Shown here: in pieces, positions 1-12,100 of the stretch | Layout of the letters: each line of letters opens with the position of its first letter | Position numbering within the stretch: position 1 is the stretch's first letter | NCBI GenBank assembly: GCA_905478555.1 | Contig: CAJQIZ010000024.1 | Span: forward strand, 8,300 to 72,299 | Length of the DNA: 64,000 bases | Direction: 5' to 3' | From: an uncultured Flavobacteriales bacterium | GTDB lineage: Bacteria > Bacteroidota > Bacteroidia > Flavobacteriales > BACL11 | Position numbers and translations under genes: made by a program | Notes under the pieces: model-generated | What the model saw: only the letters and a program-made list of their open reading frames with translations | What the model was told of the DNA's origin: nothing | Databases searched by the model: none

Positions 1-211
1 AACTCTATCCTTTTCTGAAGGAGTAAATTACACATCTGGACTAGAAATAGTAAGAACCTCACCGGTACATGGAACTGCCTACGACATTGCAGGTAAAAAT
101 ATTGCTGACGAGCAATCATTAAGGGAAGCGGTCTATTTATCCTGCGAAATTATTAAAAAAAGAGAGGAATATTTTCTACTTAAAAAGAACTCATTAAACA
201 TCAAAAAATGA
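1..211 (+). CDS. pdxA: 4-hydroxythreonine-4-phosphate dehydrogenase, 3' end (partial)
   Basis: Frame 2 reads ...[26 protein letters not shown]...; the RTSPxHGTA motif is typical of PdxA; TGA at 209-211. Confidence 0.9.
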   Translation, partial: TLSFSEGVNYTSGLEIVRTSPVHGTAYDIAGKNIADEQSLREAVYLSCEIIKKREEYFLLKKNSLNIKK

Positions 212-278
212 GAAGATTAACAATTGTATTGCAATTTGTTAAAAAATAGTATCTTTGCCGACTATTTAAAATTGAAAA

Positions 279-794
279 ATGCTCAATTATAATATCCGTA
301 TTTCAGCTGTTAAAGATGGGAATCATGAGTATAATTTTAATATTGATAGTAAGTTCTTTGAATCATTTAACAATTCTGAAGTAACAAATTCACAGATTAA
401 AGCTACGGTCATCTTACATAAAGATGGAAATAGGTTTAAATTAACCCTCAATTTTGATGGAGAAATTTATAATTTAATGTGTGATCTATGTGCCTCCGAA
501 ATGACAATATCTATTAATAATTCTATATCTGTATTATTACACGAAACAGAAGAAGAGTTATACGATACGGATGAAATTATCTACATGAAACCCAATCAGT
601 ATGAATTAGATATCTCTCAATTGATATATGAAGGAATAGTAATTTATTTACCTTCAAAAAGAGAACATAGCGGTGAGCAAGGAAATAAGTGTGATAAAGA
701 AATGATAGCATTGCTAGATAAATATGCACAAAAAGAAGATAAGAAAAACGATCCGTTAAGGAACGAACTAAATAAATTAAAAGATTTAATATAA
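279..794 (+). CDS. yceD: DUF177/YceD family protein
   Basis: CDLC motif, size 171 aa, directly upstream of rpmF. Confidence 0.85.
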   Translation: MLNYNIRISAVKDGNHEYNFNIDSKFFESFNNSEVTNSQIKATVILHKDGNRFKLTLNFDGEIYNLMCDLCASEMTISINNSISVLLHETEEELYDTDEIIYMKPNQYELDISQLIYEGIVIYLPSKREHSGEQGNKCDKEMIALLDKYAQKEDKKNDPLRNELNKLKDLI

Positions 795-800
795 AATAAG

Positions 801-986
801 ATGGCACATCCTAAAAGAAAGATTTCAAAAACTAGAAGAGACAAGAGAAGAACTCATTATAAAGCTTCCGAAACTACTTTGTATACATGTCCCAATTGTT
901 CTACACCAGTTCAATATCACAGAGTTTGTGAAGAATGTGGAACTTACAGAGGGAAACAAGCAATAGTGAAACAAGTTTCTTTATAA
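801..986 (+). CDS. rpmF: 50S ribosomal protein L32
   Basis: [21 protein letters not shown] with CxxC..CxxC. Confidence 0.98.
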   Translation: MAHPKRKISKTRRDKRRTHYKASETTLYTCPNCSTPVQYHRVCEECGTYRGKQAIVKQVSL

Positions 987-1045
987 TCCGACTCTTAAAA
1001 GATTTTTGTAGTTTTATCAACTGAACTAAAACTATAAAATAGTAA

Positions 1046-1984
1046 ATGAGAATTGGAATAGACATCATGGGGGGCGATTACGCTCCTCAAAAAACAGTAC
1101 ATGGAGCAATCCTTGCACAAAAAGAACTTACTAAAGAAGCAGAAATTGTTCTTTTTGGAAATAAAGAAGATATTCTTTCCGAGCTAAAATCGCATAAAAT
1201 TTCTGAGAACATGTTCGAAATCGTTGATTGCCTAGAAGTAATTGAGATGGGGGAACATGCTGTAAAAGCACTTAAATTAAAACCCAAGTCGAGTATTTCT
1301 ACTGGGTTTCATTATTTATCTACTGGTAAAATTGATGGATTTGCATCTGCAGGAAATACAGGAGCAATGTTTGCTGGTGGTTTCTTTTCAGTAAAAGCAA
1401 TATCAGGAGTTATTCGCCCATGTATTTCAACAGTTTTACCAAAAGAAAATGGTGGTGTTGGAGTATTATTAGATGTTGGAGCTAATGCCGATTGTAAAGC
1501 AGATGTTCTGTACCAATTTGGTATTCTAGGATCTCTTTTTGCAGAACATGTTTGCGGAATAAAATATCCTAAAGTAGGATTACTAAACTTAGGAGAAGAA
1601 AAAACAAAAGGGAACTTACTTACACAAGCTTCCTACGAAATGATGGAAGGAAATAGAGATTATAACTTTGTAGGAAATATAGAAAGTAGAGATTTATTTG
1701 AAGAGAGTTCGGATGTTATTGTTTGTGATGGATTTACAGGAAATATTGTACTTAAAGAGGCAGAAGCTTTTTATAATTTGATTAAGAAAAGAGGATACGA
1801 AGATGAATATTTTCAAAGATTTAATTACGAGAACTATGGAGGGACGCCTGTTTTAGGGCTAAATAAAACTGTAATTATTGGTCATGGTATTTCCAATGAA
1901 ATTGCAATAAAAAATATGATATCACTCACTAAAGATGTAGTAGAAGCAGATTTAACAACTAAAATAGAAGAAAAATTAAAATAA
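1046..1984 (+). CDS. plsX: phosphate acyltransferase
   Basis: [34 protein letters not shown] motifs. Confidence 0.96.
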   Translation: MRIGIDIMGGDYAPQKTVHGAILAQKELTKEAEIVLFGNKEDILSELKSHKISENMFEIVDCLEVIEMGEHAVKALKLKPKSSISTGFHYLSTGKIDGFASAGNTGAMFAGGFFSVKAISGVIRPCISTVLPKENGGVGVLLDVGANADCKADVLYQFGILGSLFAEHVCGIKYPKVGLLNLGEEKTKGNLLTQASYEMMEGNRDYNFVGNIESRDLFEESSDVIVCDGFTGNIVLKEAEAFYNLIKKRGYEDEYFQRFNYENYGGTPVLGLNKTVIIGHGISNEIAIKNMISLTKDVVEADLTTKIEEKLK

Positions 1985-2985
1985 TGGGTAAAATTACTGC
2001 AGCTATTACTGGTGTTCAGGGATATGTTCCGGATTACATTCTGACAAATAAAGAGTTAGAAACTTTAGTAGATACTAATGATGAGTGGATTACAAGTAGA
2101 ACCGGAGTAAAAGAAAGAAGAATTCTGAAGGGGGAAGGATCAGCAACATCTGACCTAGGAAGTAAAGCTATTGAAGGACTGTTAGAGAAAACAAATACTT
2201 CTGTAGAAGAAATTGACTTAATTATTTGTGCTACAGCAACTCCTGACATGCTATTTCCTTCTACAGCATGTATTATTGCTGATAAAGTAGGAGCTAAAAA
2301 TGCTTTTGCTTACGATATTATGGCCGCTTGTTCTGGATTTTTATTTTCATTAGCAACAGCTTCTAAATTTATTGAAACTGGATCTTATAAAAAAATAATA
2401 GTTGTTGGAGCTGATAAGATGTCATCCATTGTAGACTATACTGATAGATCAACTTGTATCATTTTTGGTGATGGAGCTGGAGCAATTTTATTAGAACCAT
2501 CTGAAGAAGGATTTGGAATACAAGATTCTATCTTAAAAAGTGATGGATCGGGTAGGTCGTTTTTACATATGAAGGGAGGTGGATCTCAAAAACCATCTAC
2601 TCATGAAACAGTGGACAGTAAAGATCATTATATTTTTCAAGATGGACAACCCGTATTTAAAGCAGCTGTAAAAAGTATGGCAGATGTTTCAGAAGAAATA
2701 ATGGAACGAAACAATCTGTCAGCAGAGGATGTAGCATGGTTAGTTCCTCATCAAGCAAACAAAAGAATTATTGACGCAACCGCTAGAAGAATGGGAGTTG
2801 GAGATGATAAAGTAATGCTAAATATTCAGAAATATGGAAATACTACAAACGGAACTATTCCTTTATGTTTATGGGAATGGGAAAATCAATTAAATAAAGG
2901 AGATAATATTATACTTGCCGCTTTTGGAGGAGGATTTACATGGGGATCCATATATCTGAAATGGGCATACGATTCTAATAAATAA
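1984..2985 (+). CDS. fabH: beta-ketoacyl-ACP synthase III
   Basis: AACSGF, PHQAN, YGNT catalytic motifs. Confidence 0.97.
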   Translation: MGKITAAITGVQGYVPDYILTNKELETLVDTNDEWITSRTGVKERRILKGEGSATSDLGSKAIEGLLEKTNTSVEEIDLIICATATPDMLFPSTACIIADKVGAKNAFAYDIMAACSGFLFSLATASKFIETGSYKKIIVVGADKMSSIVDYTDRSTCIIFGDGAGAILLEPSEEGFGIQDSILKSDGSGRSFLHMKGGGSQKPSTHETVDSKDHYIFQDGQPVFKAAVKSMADVSEEIMERNNLSAEDVAWLVPHQANKRIIDATARRMGVGDDKVMLNIQKYGNTTNGTIPLCLWEWENQLNKGDNIILAAFGGGFTWGSIYLKWAYDSNK

Positions 2986-3017
2986 TACTATTTTTGTAAA
3001 TATAAATATACATTAAA

Positions 3018-3530
3018 ATGAAAAAAATGAATTTAGAAGACATTCAAGAGTTAATAAAATTTGTAGCTAAATCAGGTGCTACAGAGGTAGATTTAGAATT
3101 TGATGGAATTAAGATTTCAATAAAATCTCCCGCAAAGAAAAAAAGAGGTGAAGTAGAAGAGGTTACTATTATTCAGCAAACCGCTGCTCCGATTCAGACA
3201 GTAGCAGCTCCAGTAGCAGCTCCAGTAGCAGCTCCAATAGCAGCTCCAATAGCAGCTCAAGAAACTCCAGTATCTGAAGAAAATTCAAACTACATTACAG
3301 TAAAAGCTTCTATGATTGGCACTTTCTATAGAAGTTCTTCCCCAGATAAACCTCCATTTGTAAGTGTAGGAGATATTATTAAAGAAGGGGACACTATTTG
3401 TATTATTGAAGCTATGAAGCTATTCAATGAAATTGAATCAGAAGTTTGTGGTACAATTGTAAAAGTATTGGTAGATGACTCTAGTCCTATTGAGTTTGAT
3501 CAGCCATTATTCTTAGTAGATCCTTCATAA
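3018..3530 (+). CDS. accB: acetyl-CoA carboxylase biotin carboxyl carrier protein
   Basis: EAMKL biotinylation motif, Ala/Pro linker. Confidence 0.97.
   Translation: MKKMNLEDIQELIKFVAKSGATEVDLEFDGIKISIKSPAKKKRGEVEEVTIIQQTAAPIQTVAAPVAAPVAAPIAAPIAAQETPVSEENSNYITVKASMIGTFYRSSSPDKPPFVSVGDIIKEGDTICIIEAMKLFNEIESEVCGTIVKVLVDDSSPIEFDQPLFLVDPS
3201..3260 (+). repeat. 12-bp tandem repeat x5 (RTAGCAGCTCCA) encoding the (V/I)AAP linker of AccB
   Basis: gtagcagctcca x3, atagcagctcca, atagcagctcaa read directly. Confidence 0.9.
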
Positions 3531-3548
3531 ATAATCTAAATAAATATT

Positions 3549-4886
3549 ATGTTTAAGAAGATATTAATTGCAAATAGAGGAGAAATTGCTCTTAGAATTA
3601 TCCGTACTTGTAAAGAAATGGGAATTAAAACTGTTGCTGTTTACTCCAAAGCAGATGCCGATAGTTTACATGTAAGATTTGCAGATGAAGCAGTATGTAT
3701 TGGACCTGCAGCAAGTGCGGAATCGTACCTAAAAATACCTAATATTATTGCTGCTGCAGAAATCACAAATGCAGATGCTATTCATCCTGGATACGGTTTC
3801 CTTGCAGAAAACTCTAACTTTTCTAAAATCTGTGATGAAAACGGCATCAAATTTATTGGAGCTTCTCCTGAAATGATTGATGGAATGGGAGATAAAGCAA
3901 ATGCAAAAGAAACCATGAAAAAAGCAGGAGTTCCTACAATTCCTGGTTCAGTAGGTTTAATTAAAGATTTTGCAGACTGCACTAAATTAGCAAAAGAAAT
4001 TGGATATCCAGTAATGCTAAAAGCAACTGCTGGTGGTGGTGGTAAAGGAATGAGATTAGTTTGGGAACAGGAAAATCTTAAAGATTCATGGAATTCCGCT
4101 CGTCAGGAATCAAAAGCAGCATTCGGTAATGACGGAATGTACATGGAAAAATTTATTGAAGATCCAAGACATATTGAGATACAAATTATTGGAGATTACA
4201 CAGGAAAAGCAGCTCATCTTTCTGAAAGAGATTGTTCTATACAAAGAAGACACCAAAAATTAGCAGAAGAAACTCCTTCTCCTTTTATGACAAATAAATT
4301 GAGAAAAGAAATGGGAGTAGCTGCAATTAAAGCAGCTGAAGCAGTAAAATATGAAGGTGTTGGTACAGTAGAATTTTTGGTAGATAAACATAGAGATTTT
4401 TACTTTATGGAAATGAATACTAGAATTCAGGTAGAACATCCAATTACAGAAGAGGTTGTTGATTTTGACCTAATCCGTGAGCAAATAAAAGTAGCTGCAG
4501 GGATTGAAATTTCTGGCAAAAACTACATGCCTCAACTACATGCTATTGAATGTAGAATAAATGCAGAAGATCCTTATAACGGATTCCGTCCGTGCCCAGG
4601 AATGATTTCTGCATTTCATGCACCAGGAGGCCATGGTATCAGGATTGATACACATGTATATGCTAATTACATGATTCCTCCATATTACGATTCTATGATT
4701 GCAAAAGTAATTACGGTTGCACAAACTAGACAAGAAGCGATTTCTAAAATGGAAAGAGCATTAGATGAATTTATAATTGAGGGAATAAAAACAACTATTC
4801 CTTTTCATCAAGAACTTATGAAAAATGAAGATTTCCGAAATGGAAATTATACTACTAAATTTATGGAGACTTTTGAAATGAAATAA
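3549..4886 (+). CDS. accC: acetyl-CoA carboxylase biotin carboxylase
   Basis: [28 protein letters not shown]. Confidence 0.98.
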   Translation: MFKKILIANRGEIALRIIRTCKEMGIKTVAVYSKADADSLHVRFADEAVCIGPAASAESYLKIPNIIAAAEITNADAIHPGYGFLAENSNFSKICDENGIKFIGASPEMIDGMGDKANAKETMKKAGVPTIPGSVGLIKDFADCTKLAKEIGYPVMLKATAGGGGKGMRLVWEQENLKDSWNSARQESKAAFGNDGMYMEKFIEDPRHIEIQIIGDYTGKAAHLSERDCSIQRRHQKLAEETPSPFMTNKLRKEMGVAAIKAAEAVKYEGVGTVEFLVDKHRDFYFMEMNTRIQVEHPITEEVVDFDLIREQIKVAAGIEISGKNYMPQLHAIECRINAEDPYNGFRPCPGMISAFHAPGGHGIRIDTHVYANYMIPPYYDSMIAKVITVAQTRQEAISKMERALDEFIIEGIKTTIPFHQELMKNEDFRNGNYTTKFMETFEMK

Positions 4887-4911
4887 ATTTCATAACATAG
4901 ATAATGATATC

Positions 4912-4943
4912 AAAAAACCCTTCCAATTTTGGAGGGGTTTTTT
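4912..4943. terminator. bidirectional intrinsic terminator between accC and dxs
   Basis: aaaaaacccttcca-attt-tggaggggtttttt hairpin with A/T tails between convergent genes. Confidence 0.8.
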
Positions 4944-5022
4944 ATTTATAATCTTTAATTTATTAACAAAAAATTTGTCCTTACTTATAGTGTTCTTAAT
5001 ATAAGAGTATAAGGAAGAAGAA

Positions 5023-6945
5023 CTAAACTACTTGAGATTTTCTAACGATTAGTTTATGAACACTTTCTTTTATAGCTCCTATATCAAAATAGCATTCGGT
5101 ATAAAGTTGTTGTTGAGTTCCATGATTTATAAATTCATCTGGAACTCCTAGTCTCACTAACTCCGATTTGTAATTATTATCTACCATAAACTCTATAACG
5201 GCTGATCCAAACCCACCCTGTAAACAAGCGTCTTCAATAGTAATTACTTTATCAAATTTCTGGAATATTGTATGTAATAATTCCTTATCAATTGGCTTTA
5301 CAAATCTCATATCAAAATGAGCAATATCTAAACCTTCTTTTATAAAATCTTTATCGGCTTCTACAACAAAATTACCGGTAATCCCGATAGATAAAATAGC
5401 AATTTCTTCTCCATCTTTTATCCTTCTACCCTTCCCTATTTCAATTTCTTCTAATGGTGTTTCCCAATCTAACATCACTCCATTACCTCTTGGATATCGG
5501 ATAGAAAAAGGACCTTTATTTGGAAGTTGAGCTGTGTACATTAAATTCCTTAGCTCCTGTTCATTCATTGGAGCAGAAACAGTCATATTTGGGATACATC
5601 TTAAAAATGCAATATCATAAACTCCATGATGAGTTGCACCATCAGCACCAACAAAACCACCTCTATCTAAGCAAAAAACAACATCTAAATTCTGCAAAGC
5701 TACATCATGTATCAACTGATCGTAAGACCTTTGCATAAAGGTAGAATAAATATTGCAGAAAGGAATCATACCTTGAGTCGCTAATCCAGCAGAAAAAGTA
5801 ACTGCATGTTGTTCTGCAATACCTACATCAAACACTCTATCAGGCATTACGGATAGCATTTTAGTTAAAGAAGATCCAGATAACATAGCTGGAGTAACAC
5901 CAACAATAGATGCATTTTCTTTCGCTAATTCAATTATAGTGTCCCCAAAAACATCCTGATATTTAGGAGGAGTTTTTTTCTTCTTCGGAGAAATTATCTC
6001 TCCTGTTTCTTTATTAAACAAACCTGGCGCATGCCATTTTGTAGTATCTCCATCTTCAGCTGGTTTAAATCCTTTTCCCTTTTGAGTAATACAATGTAAA
6101 ATTTTAGGACCTGGAATATGTTTTAAATCTTCCATTACCTCTACTAAATGTTTTACATCATGACCATCAATAGGCCCGAAATAACGGAAATTTAAAGATT
6201 CAAAATAATTGCTCTCACCTAATAAAGAAGATTTAATAGCCCCCTCTACTTTCTGAGCTACCTTCTGAGCATTCGGACCAAATTTACTGATTTTACCCAA
6301 TATTTTCCAGACTTTATTTTTTACTCTATTATAAGTTTTAGAAGTTGCAATATCAGTTAAATATTCTTTTAAAGCGCCTACAGCAGGGTCAATGGACATG
6401 CAATTATCATTTAAGATAATTAGCAAGTTTGTATCTTCCGAACCCGCATGGTTTAATCCTTCAAAAGCAAGTCCAGCAGTCATAGATCCATCCCCAATAA
6501 CTGCAATATGTTGTTTGTTTTTATCTCCTTTTAATTCGGAAGCTAAGGACATACCCAAAGCTGCTGAAATAGAAGTAGAGGAATGCCCCACACCAAAAGT
6601 ATCATAAACACTTTCTGATCTTTTAGGGAATCCACTAATTCCTTTGTAAATTCTATTAGTATGAAAATTTTCTCTTCTTCCAGTAAGTATTTTATGACCA
6701 TAAGCCTGATGACCTACATCCCAAACTAACTGATCGTAAGGGGTATTAAAAGTAAAATGTAAAGCAACCGTTAACTCTACAACACCCAAACTAGCACCAA
6801 AATGACCTCCTTTTTCAGAAACAACATCAACAATAAATTGTCGTAAATCTTCTGAAACTTGAGGCAAATCAGTTTTACTCAACTTTCTTAAATCAGAAGG
6901 AGAATTTATTTTAGATAATAATGGACTAGCAGAGTATTTACTCAT
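5023..6945 (-). CDS. dxs: 1-deoxy-D-xylulose-5-phosphate synthase
   Basis: WDVGHQAYGHK, GHSSTSIS, GDGSMTAG, GIAEQHA. Confidence 0.97.
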   Translation of the reverse strand: MSKYSASPLLSKINSPSDLRKLSKTDLPQVSEDLRQFIVDVVSEKGGHFGASLGVVELTVALHFTFNTPYDQLVWDVGHQAYGHKILTGRRENFHTNRIYKGISGFPKRSESVYDTFGVGHSSTSISAALGMSLASELKGDKNKQHIAVIGDGSMTAGLAFEGLNHAGSEDTNLLIILNDNCMSIDPAVGALKEYLTDIATSKTYNRVKNKVWKILGKISKFGPNAQKVAQKVEGAIKSSLLGESNYFESLNFRYFGPIDGHDVKHLVEVMEDLKHIPGPKILHCITQKGKGFKPAEDGDTTKWHAPGLFNKETGEIISPKKKKTPPKYQDVFGDTIIELAKENASIVGVTPAMLSGSSLTKMLSVMPDRVFDVGIAEQHAVTFSAGLATQGMIPFCNIYSTFMQRSYDQLIHDVALQNLDVVFCLDRGGFVGADGATHHGVYDIAFLRCIPNMTVSAPMNEQELRNLMYTAQLPNKGPFSIRYPRGNGVMLDWETPLEEIEIGKGRRIKDGEEIAILSIGITGNFVVEADKDFIKEGLDIAHFDMRFVKPIDKELLHTIFQKFDKVITIEDACLQGGFGSAVIEFMVDNNYKSELVRLGVPDEFINHGTQQQLYTECYFDIGAIKESVHKLIVRKSQVV

Positions 6946-7012
6946 AATTAATATTGCAAAGATACAGATTAATATGAAATTAAATGTTGAAGTTATTTCG
7001 TATATTTGGTGT

Positions 7013-7750
7013 ATGAGAAATTTAATCTGGATTCTTATTTTACTACCTATATTCAGCTACTCACAAACAAGGAAAATTAATATAAAACACGGAGAAAGTT
7101 GCTCCTATAACATACATTATGGATTATTTAGCGGAGGTTATGCTAAATATTCAGTAGATAAAAAAAATAATGAAATAACAGTTGTATTAGAAGGCAAGAC
7201 CAATAGTATTATTGATGTATTTTTCAAAATTAGAGATAGATACGAAACTATAGTTAACACTTCCAGTAGATTACCAAGATATTTTAAAAGAGATATCATT
7301 GAAGGTAGTGATAAAATTCATCAGGAGTATTTTTTTAATCAAGAAACAAATAAGGTAAATACACAGGAGGGTAGTTATGATTGCGTCAAAAAAAGCCAAG
7401 ACATGCTCTCTTCTTTTATTTATGGAAGAAGTTTATCATCAAAAGAATTGAAAAGTAAAGAACCATTTTATATCAACATGTTTTTAGATGAAGAAAATTA
7501 CATGATGGAAGTAAAGTATTTAGCTACTGAAGTAATTAATAGCAAAATAGGAAAGATAAGATGTATCAAACTACAACCTAAAGTCCAAATTGGGAGAGTA
7601 TTTAGCAATGAAGATGATTTAATAATTTGGGTTTCTGATGATAAAAATCACATATTAATAAAATTAGAAATGGGAATATTAGTTGGAAGTCTGGAAGTTG
7701 ACATTCAAACAGCAAAAAATATTAAATATCCATTGTCAATAACTGATTAA
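7013..7750 (+). CDS. DUF3108 domain protein
   Basis: Signal peptide, FFKIRDRYET and IWVSDDKNHI patterns; start moved to ATG 7013, just after the TATATTTG box. Confidence 0.7.
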   Translation: MRNLIWILILLPIFSYSQTRKINIKHGESCSYNIHYGLFSGGYAKYSVDKKNNEITVVLEGKTNSIIDVFFKIRDRYETIVNTSSRLPRYFKRDIIEGSDKIHQEYFFNQETNKVNTQEGSYDCVKKSQDMLSSFIYGRSLSSKELKSKEPFYINMFLDEENYMMEVKYLATEVINSKIGKIRCIKLQPKVQIGRVFSNEDDLIIWVSDDKNHILIKLEMGILVGSLEVDIQTAKNIKYPLSITD

Positions 7751-7813
7751 AATTTCTAAAATTTATGTGGAATTTATACTTATTTTGGCATAACATTTAA
7801 TTACAACATTCTA

Positions 7814-9124
7814 ATGAGAAAATACTTCTTTCCTACTACTCTATTACTTTTTATTTCAACTATTCTGATTTTTTGTAATACCGCATCTGAAAACGATACT
7901 ACTAAAGAAGATGAAGTAACAGTAGATACTGTTAAAATTATTCCACCAACAATTAATGAAATTATTGAAGATGGTATCCCACAGGATTCTATAGAATTAA
8001 GAGATGGAATTAGTTATGAGACAGACGAGTATTCTGTAATAGAAGGAGTTATCAATCCAGGACAAGCCATTAGCCAAATATTAGGAAAGTACAATATTAA
8101 TAATACTGATATCTATAAATTAGAACAAGCTTCAAAGGATATTTTCGACTTACGAAACATACAAAGTGGAAAAGGGTATACAGTTATCTGTTCTAAAGAC
8201 TCTAATTCTATTGCTAAATGTTTTGTTTATCAAAAATCTAAAACTGAATATATAGTATTCGACTTTAGAGATACCATATCTGTGTATAAAGGTGAAAAAG
8301 AAGTTACAACAAAAAACAATATTATAAGTGGAACTATAAAACAAGGTGGTGGATTGTGGTATTCTATTGCAAAACAACTTGGTGAAGAGAAAGCTCCCCC
8401 ATTAGTAGATAAACTTGCTAATAGTATTTATGGATGGTCTATTGATTTCTTCCAAATTCAAGCTAAAGATTCTTTTATAGTTTATTTTGAAGAAAAATAT
8501 GTAGATGATGAATATGTAGGTATTGGCAAGGTATTTGCGGCATCCTTTACTCATAAAGGAAAAACAATAAACGCATTTAGATTTAATGAAGATGAAAATT
8601 ATGTAGACTACTTTGATGAAAATGAAAACAATTTGAGAAGCGCCTTTCTAAAATCGCCAATTGATTTTGCTAGAGTAAGTTCTAGTTTTGGGAATAGAAA
8701 ACACCCTATTTCTGGGAAATGGAAAAAACATAAAGGAACAGATTATGCTGCTAGTACCGGAACCCCTATAATGACTACGGCAAGTGGTACTGTCACATAC
8801 TCAAGCCGGAAAGGTGGATATGGTAATTGCGTTATCGTAAAACACAATGATAAGTACACTACTCTTTACGCACACCTTTCTAAATTTAAATCTGGGGCAA
8901 GAAAAGGTGATTATGTAAAACAAGGTGATGTAATAGGATATGTAGGAAGTACCGGATATGCTACCGGTCCACATTTACATTACGAATTCTTTTTATATGG
9001 AAAACAGGTCGACCATTTTAAACAATCCTTACCTCCTTCGCTACCTCTAAAGAAAGAAAACAAAGAAGCTTTTGAAAAAGTAAGAACTAAATACACTAAA
9101 ATACTTAAGAATTTCGTAAAATAG
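7814..9124 (+). CDS. M23 family peptidoglycan DD-metalloendopeptidase
   Basis: HKGTD and HLHYE zinc motifs, YAHLS. Confidence 0.9.
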   Translation: MRKYFFPTTLLLFISTILIFCNTASENDTTKEDEVTVDTVKIIPPTINEIIEDGIPQDSIELRDGISYETDEYSVIEGVINPGQAISQILGKYNINNTDIYKLEQASKDIFDLRNIQSGKGYTVICSKDSNSIAKCFVYQKSKTEYIVFDFRDTISVYKGEKEVTTKNNIISGTIKQGGGLWYSIAKQLGEEKAPPLVDKLANSIYGWSIDFFQIQAKDSFIVYFEEKYVDDEYVGIGKVFAASFTHKGKTINAFRFNEDENYVDYFDENENNLRSAFLKSPIDFARVSSSFGNRKHPISGKWKKHKGTDYAASTGTPIMTTASGTVTYSSRKGGYGNCVIVKHNDKYTTLYAHLSKFKSGARKGDYVKQGDVIGYVGSTGYATGPHLHYEFFLYGKQVDHFKQSLPPSLPLKKENKEAFEKVRTKYTKILKNFVK

Positions 9125-9128
9125 CAGT

Positions 9129-12100
9129 ATGAGAAATAACAGGGGAAAATCTCGTTGGCTAATTGGTCTTTTTATGAGTATTTCTGTGTTTAGTTTTTCT
9201 CAAACAAATTATCCTTTTATTGAAAACAAAGGACAATTACCTAACTCTGTTCACTCTAAAGTTAAGACTCCTGGAGGTTCTATTTTTATAGAAAAGGGGG
9301 AGTTTATATACTCCTTTTATAACAGCAAACAATTACAAGAAAGACATGATTTAACACGAAATGAAGATTGGATAGACGCTCACTCCTTTTCTGCAAATTT
9401 CATAAATTCAAGTCCAAATACTGAAATAATCCTTTCTGAAAAGAGTAATTATTACGAAAATTTTTACAATACTAAAAACTGGGCCGAGAAAGTATATTTT
9501 TACAAATCGGTATCTCAAAAAAATATTTATAATGGAATAGATTTACAAATGTATTTTTCAGAAGAAAATCTGAAATACGATTTAATTGTTCATCCAAATT
9601 ATTCTACTGAGAAAATAAAAATAAAATATTCAGGACAAGAAGATATATATTTAAAAAATGGAAATTTAATTGTTAAAACCTCTGTAAATATCGTTACAGA
9701 ATTAGCTCCTTATGCCTATCAAATAATAAATGGAATAGAGGTAAAGGTAGAAGTTAATTTCAACCTAAAACAGAATATCTTATCTTTTGAATTTCCAAAT
9801 AGGTACGATAAATCCAAGAAACTTGTTATTGACCCTACCTTAATTTTCTCTACTTATTCTGGTTCTACATCTGATAATTTTGGATATACTGCAACCTACG
9901 ATAATTATGGATTTTTATATTCCGGTAGCACTGTATTTGGTATAGGATACCCCACAACACTCGGTGCTTATCAGATTAATTATGCAAATACTTCTGGAGG
10001 AACAGATATTGGAATTACAAAATACGACACCACCGGAACAGTCAGGATATACTCTACTTATTTGGGAGGGAGTAAGGATGAGTTACCACATAGTATGATT
10101 GTAAATAATTTGGATGAACTATTTATTTTCGGAACGACTGGTTCAGATGACTACCCAACAACAAATGGAGCGTATCAAACTAATTTTAGTGGAGGAAGTG
10201 GATTTTCTCCAAGTGGACTTGGAGTTTCTTTCCCAAATGGAAGTGATATTATAGTAAGTAGAATTAGTACAAATGGGGGTAATTTACTTGCTTCTACTTA
10301 TATTGGTGGTACTGGAAATGATGGACTAAATACATCACAAAAACTAAAAAGTAATTATGCAGATGAGGTAAGAGGTGAAATTGATATTGACCAAAACAAC
10401 AATATTTATTTGGCTACATCTACTTACTCTACCGACTTTCCAGTTACTTCTTCCTTTCAACAAAATAACAATGGATTTCAGGAGGGGTGTATTGTAAAAA
10501 TGGACAACCAACTAAGTGCGATTATTTGGAGCTCTTACTTGGGAGGTGATAGAGATGACGCAATTTATTCTTTGACATTGGATAATAACAACAATATATT
10601 TGTTACTGGAGGTACTATTTCCGATAACTTTCCTGTTTCTACAAATGCCTATCAAAACTCATATTTAGATTCTATAAAAGCAGACGCTTTTGTAACGCAT
10701 ATTTCTTCTGATGGAAATACTATTATCAATTCTACTTATTTTGGTTCCGAATTTTACGATCAATCCTATTTTGTAGAACTGAACTCGGAGGAAGAAGTTT
10801 ATATTTTTGGACAAACAAAAGCTCTAGGGAGTACACTCATACAGAATGCTTCTTATTTTGAAACAGAAGCAAATCAGTTTATTGCTATTTTATCTAATAA
10901 TTTAGAACAACTTTTGCGTTCCACAGTTGTAGGAACAGGGAAAGGAACACCAGATATTTCTCCTACAGCATTTTTGGTAGATGTTTGTAATAATATTTAC
11001 ATTTCAGGTTGGGGAAGTGGAACTGGAAACGGACCTCTTTCTTCTTTAAATATGCCTATTACAGCAAATGCATTTCAGAATACAACAGACGGAAATGATT
11101 TTTACATCATGATTTTAGATGATGGGCTAAACAATCTTGTTTATGGAACTTATTTTGGGGGAAGTCAAAGTGCAGAACATGTAGATGGGGGAACAAGTAG
11201 ATTCGATAAAAAGGGGGTAATTTATCAATCCGTTTGTGCGGGATGTGGCAATTATAACGACTTCCCAATTTACCCAAATCCGGGAGCAGTATCTACAACT
11301 AACAACTCTAACAATTGTAATAATGGAGTATTTAAGTTCGATTTAAATTTCCCTATTATTTTAGCAGATTTTGACGCTCCTTGGGTGGGTTGTAGTAATA
11401 ACATTTCCTTTACCAACCTAAGTACTCATCCTCAAAACACAACTTATTTTTGGGATTTTGGAGATGGAAATAACTCTACACAAAACAACCCAACCCATCA
11501 ATATTTAACTCCTGGAATTTATATTATTACTCTTATTTCTTCCTCTCCTACTGCTTGTAATCTATCAGATACTATTACAAAACAGATTTATATATTATCC
11601 AACTCTTCCTCTAATTTACAAGAAGTAGAAATCTGTAAAGGAGAATCAGTACAAATTGGAGTTTTACCAATTAACGACCCTTCTATTTCCTACTTTTGGT
11701 TTCCATCTGTGGGATTGAATAATGTAGCTATTCCGAACCCTATTGCTTCTGTAAATTCCTCTACTCAATATAAATTAATTATTTCAGACGGAAATTGTGC
11801 TGACACAATTTACCAGTGGGTGTACACAGATAGTCTAAATATAAATCCTAGTGATGACACCTCCTTTTGTAAGGAACCTATCCAACTTTCCGCTAATACT
11901 AGCGGAACTATAAATTCAATTATTTGGTCTACAAATATTAACTTTACGGATACTATTAGCTTCTCCAATTTTTACACCGCAAATAATATAGGAACATTTT
12001 ATATTTTAGTGGAAAACAATAATTGTTCGGATATGGATAGCGTAAAGGTAACGAACAATAATATTGCAATTAATTTAAGTGGAATTACTGAAATTTGTAA

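Noticed and set aside
3201-3260. Phase-variable repeat in accB
   Set aside because: The 12-bp unit keeps frame and encodes the normal Ala/Pro linker
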